DNA from: Allobaculum fili
Lineage (GTDB): Bacteria > Bacillota_I > Bacilli_A > Erysipelotrichales > Erysipelotrichaceae
Reading direction: 5' to 3'
Assembly (NCBI RefSeq): GCF_020969955.1
Contig: NZ_JAHDSX010000062.1
Location: forward strand, 1 to 9,747
Length of the DNA: 9,747 bases
Shown here: positions 1-6,425 of the stretch, one piece after another
How the letters are laid out: each line of letters starts with the position of its first letter
Numbering within the stretch: position 1 is the stretch's first letter
Notes under the pieces: model-generated
Told to the model about the DNA's origin: nothing
What the model saw: only the letters and a program-made list of their open reading frames with translations
Databases searched by the model: none
Position numbers and translations under genes: made by a program

Positions 1-74
1 ATATCTTCGAATTGGATACCGTGGACCGGATCCGAAGTATGAAGAAAACGATGAAGAATAAAAAATACGCCAAG

Positions 75-99
75 CGGGATCTCGAAAGGGATCCCGTTT
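75..99 (+). terminator. Candidate rho-independent terminator for a plus-strand gene that ends at the left edge of the window
   Basis: CGGGATCTC (75-83) pairs with GGGATCCCG (88-96), giving 9 bp with one G-U pair. The loop is a GAAA tetraloop and only TTT follows (97-99). An open frame running in from the window edge (frame 2, ...YLRIGYRGPDPKYEENDEE*) stops at 59-61, 13 nt upstream. The U-tract is short and the upstream CDS frame is ambiguous. Confidence 0.4.
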
Positions 100-258
100 A
101 GCGTATCTAATATTCAGTCTCGCGTATTCCCGTCGATTGTTTGACACTTACGATCTTCCCAGAGAAGGCCCGAGTTTTCGTTTTGGTAAATACTGAGGAA
201 TGAAACGCACAATAAAAGCAGAAAAATTCGTCACAGAGCCAGAGAGAAAAACTTCGGA

Positions 259-1221
259 TCAGGAAACGGTCTTTTTTGCGCCCTGCCAGCTGTTTCGACG
301 AAGGAGTTCCTTATCGATATCGTTGGCGGTCTGCGTCTTCTTTCGCGTCCATAGGGGAGCGAGCAGATCGCTGGCCAGACCGTCGCCGGTTACGCGTTCG
401 ATAATGATGTGTTCATCGATCACTTCCAGCTGATCGCAGACAATGGATACATATTCCTGCGCGCCAAGAAGAGAAAACGGTTTGTTCAGCCAGCTCTGGC
501 CCAGACGGGAATTGTCCAGCAGATGAAGCATGTGAATTTTCAGCGCGCCGGGTTGAAGGGAACTGGCAAAGCGGGCGGTTTTGAGCATCATCTCTCGGGT
601 TTCGCCCGGCAGTCCATTAATCAGATGCAGGACAGAACGCAGATGATGCCTTTGGCATAACGCGATCGCGTTTTTCGCATCTTCGGGCGTATGGCAGAAA
701 TTCATGGCCTTTGCGGTCTGAGGATGAATGCTCTGCAGGCCGAATTCGACCCAGACTTCCTTGTGATACTTCGCCTGCATTTCTTCCAGCCATGCAGCGG
801 TCTCTTCACAAAAACAGTCGGTTCGCGTAGCGATGGAAATCGCGCAGACTTCATCCGAGGCAAAGAAGGGAATATAAATCTTTTTCAGCGTTTCAAGCGG
901 GGCGTACGTATTGGAAAAGGACTGAAAGTAGGCGATGCCAAGACACTCGGGCCATTTTTTGCGGGCCCGTTTCAGATTTGCCTGGTACTGGGTCTGGAGC
1001 GACTGGCGGCTTTGCAGAATCGTATCGCCGCTTCCGGCAGATGAGCAGAAGGCGCAGCCGCCCACGCCTTTGGTTCCATCCCGGTTAGGACAGGAAAATC
1101 CCGCATTGAGCGGGATTTTGGCAATTTTTCGTCCATACTGTTTCTTCATCGCATAGGAGAAGGTGTGGTAGCGCTTGTTGGTATCGGAAAAGGGAAAGGG
1201 GTTGTCCAGAATCTGGTTCAT
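259..1221 (-). CDS. TIGR01212-family radical SAM protein (YtqA/YhcC-like), function unknown
   Basis: 320-aa ORF. The N-terminus NPFPFSDTNKRYHTFSY...GFSCPNRDGTKGVGGCAFCSSAGSGD matches the YtqA/YhcC family as I recall it, including its C-x11-C-x2-C cluster spacing, which differs from the usual C-x3-C-x2-C. The ATG (1219-1221) overlaps the aroF stop codon by 1 nt. Family assignment is from memory, not from an HMM search. Confidence 0.88.
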   Translation of the reverse strand: MNQILDNPFPFSDTNKRYHTFSYAMKKQYGRKIAKIPLNAGFSCPNRDGTKGVGGCAFCSSAGSGDTILQSRQSLQTQYQANLKRARKKWPECLGIAYFQSFSNTYAPLETLKKIYIPFFASDEVCAISIATRTDCFCEETAAWLEEMQAKYHKEVWVEFGLQSIHPQTAKAMNFCHTPEDAKNAIALCQRHHLRSVLHLINGLPGETREMMLKTARFASSLQPGALKIHMLHLLDNSRLGQSWLNKPFSLLGAQEYVSIVCDQLEVIDEHIIIERVTGDGLASDLLAPLWTRKKTQTANDIDKELLRRNSWQGAKKTVS

Positions 1222-2234
1222 TAGAGCGTGCGTCCAACCACTTTCGCAATCGCCCGCGCTTTAGTGACCAGTTCCGCATATTTATCCGGTTTCAGCGACT
1301 GCGCGCCATCGCTCCAGGCGTGCGCCGGATCGGGATGCACTTCAATGATCAGACCGTCTGCGCCAGCTGCAATCGCGCCTAACGCCTGCGCTTCGACAAG
1401 CTTCCAGTCGCCGGAGGCGTGGGACGGGTCGATGATAACCGGCAGATGAGTCCGTTCTTTCAAAATCGGAATGACTGCCAGATCGAGGGTATTGCGGGTG
1501 TATTTCTCAAACGTGCGGATGCCGCGTTCGCAGAAAATTACGTTTGGATTGCCTTCGGACATAATGTATTCCGCGGCCATGATCCACTCTTCAATCGTAT
1601 TGGCCAGACCTCTCTTGAGCAGCACCGGCTTTTTCGTGCGGCCGACGGCTTTCAGAAGATCAAAGTTTTGCATGTTGCGTGCACCAATCTGAATGACGTC
1701 CACGTTTTCAACAAATTCATCGAGCTTGTCGATGCTCATCAGTTCGGTTACGATCGGCAGTCCGGTAAGTTCTCTGGCATGAACGAGATCCTGAATGCCT
1801 TCCGAGCCGAGACCCTGGAAGGAATAGGGAGACGTTCTGGGCTTGTAGGCGCCTCCGCGCAGCATATCCGCTCCGGCTTCCAGCACTTTGCCGGCAGCCT
1901 CGCAAATGGCACCGTCGCCTTCAACCGCGCACGGGCCGGCGATCATGACGATTTTCTGTCCGCCGATTTTGATGCCGCTGACATCGATGACGGTATCTTC
2001 CGGATGGAACATGCGGTTGGCCAGCTTGTACGGCTGGGCAACGCGCTGCACGTTAAAGACGATGGGATTGGCCAGCAGGGACCGCTCATCAATGGACGCG
2101 GTATCGCCGACCAGGCCGAAGACGTCGTAGTTTTCACCGACAATTTTGGTGATGGAAAGATTGCGGCTTTCCAGATCCGCAATCAGCTCATTGACAGCCT
2201 GTTCCGGGGCCGTCTTTTTTAAAGTAATAATCAT
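1221..2234 (-). CDS. aroF: 3-deoxy-7-phosphoheptulonate (DAHP) synthase, type I-beta, with an N-terminal ferredoxin-like regulatory domain
   Basis: 337-aa ORF. The N-terminal ~70 aa (MIITLKKTAPEQAVNELIADLESRNL...VQRVAQPYKLANRMFHPEDTVIDV) resemble the Thermotoga maritima-type DAHPS regulatory domain, and the size also matches (about 338 aa). Catalytic-barrel motifs are present: IAGPCAVE, LRGGAYKPRTSPYSFQGLG, LLKRG and IIDPSHA. The minus-strand RBS is AAAGGAG (complement of 2246-2252), 11 nt upstream of the ATG at 2232-2234. Confidence 0.93.
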   Translation of the reverse strand: MIITLKKTAPEQAVNELIADLESRNLSITKIVGENYDVFGLVGDTASIDERSLLANPIVFNVQRVAQPYKLANRMFHPEDTVIDVSGIKIGGQKIVMIAGPCAVEGDGAICEAAGKVLEAGADMLRGGAYKPRTSPYSFQGLGSEGIQDLVHARELTGLPIVTELMSIDKLDEFVENVDVIQIGARNMQNFDLLKAVGRTKKPVLLKRGLANTIEEWIMAAEYIMSEGNPNVIFCERGIRTFEKYTRNTLDLAVIPILKERTHLPVIIDPSHASGDWKLVEAQALGAIAAGADGLIIEVHPDPAHAWSDGAQSLKPDKYAELVTKARAIAKVVGRTL

Positions 2235-2654
2235 AGTGAATACAGCTCCTTTAAACTCTCGACAGATCAGAAGATCTCTGACTTACGCAAAAGAGTATCC
2301 GCTCTTTTACCGGTTTTGTCCGGGAGAGCATCGCAATTGGAAGCGATACAGGACGAAAAGCAGGAAAACGGGAAGGAAAGCGGGTGCCCGATTTTTCGAA
2401 AACGGATCGATCGGGTAAGTCTGCACTATCATACCGCCTTGAAAACTCGTTCAAAAAATTCGAGCGGAAAATTTTCATAACTCGAAAGAAAACAGGAGGT
2501 TTTGCCGCCATAAACCGCCTGCGTATTCGAGATTCTCGATATTCATTGTTATGAAACTTAAAACCACAAAAAGGAAAACCGATCGATTTTCTGGGAAGGA
2601 AAATACAGGAAATCGTCCTGACAAGGCCGTAAAATGTCCACTTTGGTCATAGCT

Positions 2655-2683
2655 TTGACGACAAAACGATTTATGCCTATCAT
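2655..2683 (+). promoter_or_regulatory. Sigma-A-type promoter for hpf
   Basis: -35 TTGACG (2655-2660), an exact 17-nt spacer, then -10 TATCAT (2678-2683). The predicted TSS is near 2690, which gives a ~38-nt 5' UTR. That UTR contains a small GGATC/GATCC hairpin (2692-2707) and the RBS AAGGAG (2715-2720), 7 nt before the ATG. Confidence 0.55.
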
Positions 2684-2727
2684 GAAATCAAGGATCAGCC
2701 CCGATCCATCTGACAAGGAGTGAGTTT

Positions 2728-3264
2728 ATGAAAATCAACATTGTTGGAAAGAATATTTCCATTACCCAGGCACTCGAAGACCGCATCACCAAGAAACTGA
2801 AAGGTCTCGAGAAGTACTTCCTGATCGGGGAAGACGACACCGCAAAAGTTCTGCTGACCTCCCATCCGAACCACAATAAAATCGAGGTCACCATCCCGAC
2901 GAAGGCAGCGATCCTGCGTGCCGAAACCGTCGATGTCGATATGTACAATGCGATCGACAAAGTCGTAGACAAACTGAAAGACCAGATTCGCCGTCAGAAA
3001 ACGCGTCTCGAAAGCCGCAAGGACAAGGCATCGCCGCTCTACGAAGCCTTCCTCGACTTCGATATTCTAGGTGAAGAAGATCCGGAAGACATCGTCGTCA
3101 AGACCAAATCCATCGAACTCGAGCAGCTCTCGCTCGATGAAGCGATCACCCGCATGGATCTGCTCGATCACACTTTCTTCATCTATCTCGATGATGAAAC
3201 CGGCAAACCCGCTGTAGTCTACTGCCGCAAAGACGGCGGCTACGGTCTGATCGAAACCGAATAA
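2728..3264 (+). CDS. hpf: Ribosome hibernation-promoting factor, long form (YvyD/HPF type)
   Basis: 178-aa ORF. The N-terminal domain is of the RaiA/HPF (S30AE) type (MKINIVGKNISITQALEDRITKKLKGLEKYF...). A C-terminal dimerisation domain typical of Firmicutes long HPF is also present (...LSLDEAITRMDLLDHTFFIYLDDETGKPAVVYCRKDGGYGLIE). The RBS is strong. Confidence 0.93.
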   Translation: MKINIVGKNISITQALEDRITKKLKGLEKYFLIGEDDTAKVLLTSHPNHNKIEVTIPTKAAILRAETVDVDMYNAIDKVVDKLKDQIRRQKTRLESRKDKASPLYEAFLDFDILGEEDPEDIVVKTKSIELEQLSLDEAITRMDLLDHTFFIYLDDETGKPAVVYCRKDGGYGLIETE

Positions 3265-3401
3265 GTCCAGAACGGGACGCATTCGCTAAAGCCTCAGGCC
3301 AGAACGAATGCCGCCTGCCCGCCGTAAGAGAACCGGGAAAATCCAGTAAATCAGGCAGAGCAGGGATCGCCCGATTCTACAGGATCTGAAAAATACAGAA
3401 G

Positions 3402-3425
3402 GGAAGCTGAAAAGCTTCCTTTTTC
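3402..3425 (+). terminator. Rho-independent terminator downstream of hpf
   Basis: Perfect 7-bp stem GGAAGCT (3402-3408) / AGCTTCC (3413-3419) with a GAAA tetraloop, followed by TTTTT (3420-3424). The flanks ATACAGAA (3393-3400) and TTCTGTAT (3423-3430) can extend the helix. It lies 138 nt after the hpf stop codon. Confidence 0.7.
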
Positions 3426-3448
3426 TGTATAAAGGCTGCATAGAACAA

Positions 3449-3476
3449 TTGATAATTCTCAACACAGGACTATAAA
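3449..3476 (+). promoter_or_regulatory. Candidate sigma-A-type promoter for the BspA-like gene
   Basis: -35 TTGATA (3449-3454), a 16-nt spacer, then -10 TATAAA (3471-3476). It sits just downstream of the hpf terminator and ~115 nt upstream of the ATG at 3591. Based on sequence pattern only. Confidence 0.4.
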
Positions 3477-3590
3477 GCATCTTTTTATGGCACAATTTAG
3501 GAAAGCGTTTTCAACCCGCTGAAAACAAACAGAGGATCCAATCGAAAGAAGCGGTTTTCTCTGGATAGGATCCTGGAAAGGAGATTGTAT

Positions 3591-4724
3591 ATGCCTGTTT
3601 CTTTTCGCAAATCGGATTTAGAAAACACAGAACCCCGAATCTGTCATTCGGGAAAACTCGGCAGCGCCGAGTGGACAATTGATGAAGACGGCCTTCTCGT
3701 CATTGGCGAAGGTACGGTGAACACCGACGAGCTTCCGCCTTCCAGACATGAGGACGAAGATACGTCCGATCGCTGGCCATGGTATCCCTGGCGCAAGGAA
3801 ATCGACCGGGTAGACGGCAGCGCGCCTCTCAAGGTAATCGGTGATCTGAGCTATGCATTTGGCGGTGCCGAACGCGCCACCGTCAGCAAGCGCGGCATTT
3901 ACACTTCAATTGAATCGATCGATCTCTCCGGCTGGGACACGAGCGAAGTCACCAGCATGCGTTCGCTCTTCTTTGACTGCAGCGGCATGACCGAACTGAA
4001 CATCGACGGCTTTCAGACCGGAAACGTGCGGGATATGGCCAACATGTTCAACGGATGTTACAGCCTGCATGAACTGAACGTACAAAGCTTCGATACGCGA
4101 AGTGTCGAAGACATGTCCGGCATGTTTACCAGCTGCTACCTGCTCGAAAGCCTCGACGTTTCCGGTTTCGATACGTCCAATGTTCGAAACATGGAAAGCA
4201 TGTTCGCGTTCTGCCACCGGCTGGGCGGTCTGGATGTATCTCACTTTGACACGTCGAAATGCGAGGACATGGGATTTATGTTCTCGGGCGACCGCGCCCT
4301 GCAAAGTCTGGATCTCTCCGGCTTCGATACCCGGCATGTGACGAATATGGACTTCATGTTTTCCGAGTGCAGCTCAATTCAGTCGCTCAATCTGGAAAGC
4401 TTTGATACCGCCAATGCCCTGAGCCTTTTCAAGATGTTCAACGATGCCTATCAGCTGCAGCGCCTGAACATCACGCATTTCCAGACACAGAACGCCCGTT
4501 TCATTCAGAAGATGTTTGACGGCTGCAAGGCGCTTTCTGTTGTCGGATTCGGCTCTGGGGTGCAGAACACGCTGAAGGCGTTTCGATCCCGCTTCCCGAA
4601 AGGCGAGTGGTATCTCAATAACGAAGGCCCGTTTGCCCTTCTCAAGCTGCCCGCTTTAGAGGAAGGCCAGACTGGCTGGCTGACACGCACAAAGCAGATG
4701 AGCGACGCCTTCAAGGACTTCTAG
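3591..4724 (+). CDS. BspA-family / DUF285-type leucine-rich repeat protein (26-residue repeat), with no signal peptide
   Basis: The ORF track starts at TTG 3585. I prefer ATG 3591 because the RBS AAAGGAGA (3577-3584) lies 6 nt upstream of it. The protein has eight tandem 26-aa units of the form L-x-[LV]-S-x-F-D-T-S-x-V-x-x-M-x-x-M-F-x-x-C-x-x-L. The N-terminal module (EWTIDEDGLLVIGEGTV...WPWYPWRKEI) and the C-terminal GEWYLNNEGP...GWLTR tail both fit BspA-like proteins as I recall them. The N-terminus (MPVSFRKSDLENTEPRICHSGK...) has no hydrophobic signal or lipoprotein sequence, and no anchor or LPXTG motif is present. Confidence 0.85.
   Translation: MPVSFRKSDLENTEPRICHSGKLGSAEWTIDEDGLLVIGEGTVNTDELPPSRHEDEDTSDRWPWYPWRKEIDRVDGSAPLKVIGDLSYAFGGAERATVSKRGIYTSIESIDLSGWDTSEVTSMRSLFFDCSGMTELNIDGFQTGNVRDMANMFNGCYSLHELNVQSFDTRSVEDMSGMFTSCYLLESLDVSGFDTSNVRNMESMFAFCHRLGGLDVSHFDTSKCEDMGFMFSGDRALQSLDLSGFDTRHVTNMDFMFSECSSIQSLNLESFDTANALSLFKMFNDAYQLQRLNITHFQTQNARFIQKMFDGCKALSVVGFGSGVQNTLKAFRSRFPKGEWYLNNEGPFALLKLPALEEGQTGWLTRTKQMSDAFKDF
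3924..4547 (+). repeat. Intragenic tandem repeat array: 8 x 78 nt (26 aa) LRR-like units
   Basis: The conserved aromatic residue (W117, F143, F169, F195, F221, F247, F273, F299, numbered from TTG 3585) recurs at exactly 26-aa spacing. At the DNA level, the core TTCGATAC / TTTGACAC / TTTGATAC recurs at 4089, 4167, 4245, 4323 and 4401, each 78 nt apart. The units have diverged at the nucleotide level. Confidence 0.8.
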
Positions 4725-4772
4725 AGCGGCAGCTCCACGCACCTCTTTGAATCGTTCAAACCCGATTGCATT

Positions 4773-4804
4773 AGAGCGCATGAGCATGAAATTTCATGCG
4801 CTCT
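4773..4804. repeat. Perfect 11-bp inverted repeat with a nested 16-bp palindrome; possibly a U-tract-less terminator or a protein-binding site
   Basis: AGAGCGCATGA (4773-4783) is the exact reverse complement of TCATGCGCTCT (4794-4804). Nested inside, GCATGAAATTTCATGC (4784-4799) is itself a perfect palindrome. This gives two mutually exclusive hairpins, because GCATGA is duplicated. No T-run follows on either strand. The repeat starts 49 nt after the BspA-like stop codon. Confidence 0.6.
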
Positions 4805-5133
4805 GACCTGAAAAGCGACGCAAACCATTGCGCATAATCCCTGCTTCAGAATATGGAAAGCGCTTGCGAATTGCTCATAGGTAAAGTTCGATTGGAGATT
4901 GCGTGCGGATCTTTTGAGGACGCCGGAAAAGCCGCCATAAATTTTGCAGAATTCTATCGCCGCACTTGTATTCACGCCGTCTGGTCAGTAAAATACCACA
5001 AGCGGCAAAAATCGCCCTGTACCCATTCGATAGACAAACCCCGATCGATTTCCTGGCCTGACTTTCAAAAAAATCGGCTTTCTTACACGCAGATTCCATT
5101 GCGGAAAGGACAGGCGGCCACGGGTTTTCCTGG

Positions 5134-5162
5134 TTTCTGACCTTTCTGTCGTATGGTAAGAT
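5134..5162 (+). promoter_or_regulatory. Weak candidate extended -10 promoter for sepF-ylmH
   Basis: TGgTAAGAT (TG at 5154-5155, -10 TAAGAT at 5157-5162). The -35 is poor: TTCTGA (5135-5140, 16-nt spacer) or TTTCTG (5134-5139, 17-nt spacer). It would leave a very short leader before the RBS GGAGGAGG (5174-5181). Based on sequence pattern only. Confidence 0.3.
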
Positions 5163-5188
5163 AAAAATTGTTTGGAGGAGGTTTATTT

Positions 5189-5632
5189 ATGGGACTGATG
5201 GATCGTTTTAAATCATTCGTTGAACCTGGTGACGACGAAGAATACGTAGAAGAAGATGAAGTCGTAGAAACAGCAGAACAGTCTGCACCTACAGCTCGTC
5301 CTGCTGGCAACGCGTACGAAGTGAAGAAAGACAACGGCGCACCGCATCTGGATGCCAACACAAAAATGGTTCTTTTTGAGCCGAGAAGCCTGAACGAATC
5401 GGAACTGGCTGGCAACCGCATGAAAGAAGGCCGCGCAGTTGTAGTGAACCTGCACAAGCTGACTGATGAATATGCTCGCCGCATGGAAGACTTCCTGACT
5501 GGTGTAGCCTTTGCCCTTGGCGGAGAGCTCAAGCATATCGGACCGGATGTAATTCTCTGCTATCCGAAAGAAATCGGCGTAGCAGGCTCGATCAACCTGA
5601 ACGACGAAGCTGAAGAAGAATCTGCTCAGTAA
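5189..5632 (+). CDS. sepF: Cell division protein SepF (YlmF)
   Basis: The ORF track starts at TTG 5168. I prefer ATG 5189 because the RBS GGAGGAGG lies 7 nt upstream. The 147-aa product has a short N-terminal amphipathic segment (MGLMDRFKSFV) and an acidic low-complexity linker. A C-terminal DUF552/SepF core follows (KMVLFEPRSLNESELAGNRMKEGRAVVVNLHKLTDEYARRMEDFLTGVAFALGGELKHIG). Its position directly upstream of ylmH and ileS supports the call. Confidence 0.9.
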   Translation: MGLMDRFKSFVEPGDDEEYVEEDEVVETAEQSAPTARPAGNAYEVKKDNGAPHLDANTKMVLFEPRSLNESELAGNRMKEGRAVVVNLHKLTDEYARRMEDFLTGVAFALGGELKHIGPDVILCYPKEIGVAGSINLNDEAEEESAQ

Positions 5633-5634
5633 TC

Positions 5635-6405
5635 ATGGCGGAAAACACAAACGGTCATGAACAGTTTTTTCGATCGGTACAGAACGGCATCGACCGTTTT
5701 GAACGATTTGGAAAACCGTTCATGACCGGTTTTTTAACCCCTTTTGAAAAAATGCAGATCGGCCGAATCGCCGCGAAAGCCGGCGGGCGATTTGACGGCG
5801 GATATCCGGACGCCGTACGCTGCCGCTTTATTCTCGACGAGGCTTTTGACCGTCCCGATCCAGAAGAAGACGGACTGTATATTCCAACAGGGGAATGCTG
5901 CGTAATGAAGGCAAAACTGCCTGCCTCTTCTTCCAGAGTGCTGAAGCATTCCGATGTGCTCGGCGCCCTGATGCACTCCGGCTTAAAGCGGGAGTCCATC
6001 GGCGATATCGTCGCAAGCCCGGATGCGCTCTATCTGGTCTGCAAGAGCGATCTGGCTGAATTCATTCATCAGGAAATTCGTCTGATCGCAAGAACCCACG
6101 TCGAATTTGAAGAATGCGATCCGCTGGAAATGCCCAAACCGGTCTTTGAGCATCTCAAGATCAACACGGCAAGCATGCGCGCCGACTGCATTGTGGCAGC
6201 GCTTGCCCATTGCTCTAGAGCGGACGCAAAAAGCCTGATTGCACAGGGATTTGTAAAAGTCAATGATGCGATTCTTGAATCCGCGAAAGTGCTGTGCAAT
6301 AATGACACCATCTCTGTACGCCGCCATGGAAAGTTCATGATAGGCGAACTCGACGGTGTCAGCAGAAAAGGCAGACTGATCGTAAATATTCTGAAATATC
6401 AATAA
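5635..6405 (+). CDS. ylmH: YlmH-family RNA-binding protein with a C-terminal S4 domain
   Basis: 256-aa ORF that starts 2 nt after the sepF stop codon. The N-terminal part contains TGFLTPFE...GGYPDAVR, comparable to the TDFLDPRE...GGYDRAER I recall from B. subtilis YlmH. The C-terminal S4-like segment is MRADCIVAALAHCSRADAKSLIAQGFVKVNDAILESAKVLCNNDTISVRRHGKF. The sepF-ylmH-ileS gene order supports the call. Confidence 0.85.
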   Translation: MAENTNGHEQFFRSVQNGIDRFERFGKPFMTGFLTPFEKMQIGRIAAKAGGRFDGGYPDAVRCRFILDEAFDRPDPEEDGLYIPTGECCVMKAKLPASSSRVLKHSDVLGALMHSGLKRESIGDIVASPDALYLVCKSDLAEFIHQEIRLIARTHVEFEECDPLEMPKPVFEHLKINTASMRADCIVAALAHCSRADAKSLIAQGFVKVNDAILESAKVLCNNDTISVRRHGKFMIGELDGVSRKGRLIVNILKYQ

Positions 6406-6425
6406 ATGAATTTGTAAACAGAAAA

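Noticed and set aside
1-101. Partial CDS at the left edge
   Set aside because: All three plus-strand frames are open from the edge, with stops at 40-42, 59-61 and 99-101. The fragment is too short to identify. Frame 2 is only weakly favoured, by the position of the hairpin at 75-96. It is therefore not reported as a feature.
141-146. Perfect TTGACA -35 hexamer
   Set aside because: No acceptable -10 hexamer lies 16-18 nt downstream (164-169 reads GAAGGC), and there is no downstream plus-strand gene.
200-433. 77-aa plus-strand ORF overlapping the 3' end of the radical SAM gene
   Set aside because: The GAGGA sequence abuts the ATG with no spacing. The ORF is antisense to a confidently called gene and has a low-complexity translation.
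1419-2222. 267-aa ORF antisense to aroF, plus smaller ORFs at 1228-1449, 1471-1692, 1717-1905, 1888-2130 and 1943-2182
   Set aside because: All are nested within the aroF coding region in other frames or on the other strand. None has family-like sequence. The aroF frame accounts for the region.
2251-2511. 86-aa Phe-rich minus-strand ORF upstream of aroF, considered as a possible attenuation leader peptide
   Set aside because: It is far longer than known leader peptides. The Phe residues are scattered, not in a regulatory run, and follow from the T-richness of that strand. There is no convincing RBS and no downstream terminator/antiterminator pair.
2235-2560. Possible T-box or other riboswitch on the minus strand controlling aroF
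   Set aside because: No T-box core (GGTGGTACCGCG-like) was found; the closest match is GGCGGTATGA. There is no specifier-loop or K-turn architecture and no GC-rich terminator with a U-tract. The region is kept as an open question in the findings.
3286-3495. 69-aa minus-strand ORF between hpf and the BspA-like gene
   Set aside because: It spans the hpf terminator hairpin and the candidate promoter. It has no RBS and an implausible composition.
3906-4337. 143-aa ORF antisense to the BspA-like repeats, which itself looks repetitive
   Set aside because: Its periodicity is simply the reverse-complement image of the 78-nt sense-strand repeats. The sense frame carries the recognisable family consensus, an RBS and the full-length ORF.
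4721-5140. ORFs in the BspA/sepF spacer: 84 aa (-) with a GTG start, 95 aa (+) and 74 aa (-)
   Set aside because: They overlap one another and lack RBSs. Their translations have no recognisable motifs. One runs through the perfect palindrome at 4773-4804. I also found no similarity to the ylmD/ylmE C-termini that might be expected as pseudogene remnants.
5083-5536. 149-aa and 107-aa ORFs antisense to sepF
   Set aside because: These are shadow ORFs opposite sepF. Their Ser/Pro/Ala-rich low-complexity translation mirrors the acidic linker of SepF.
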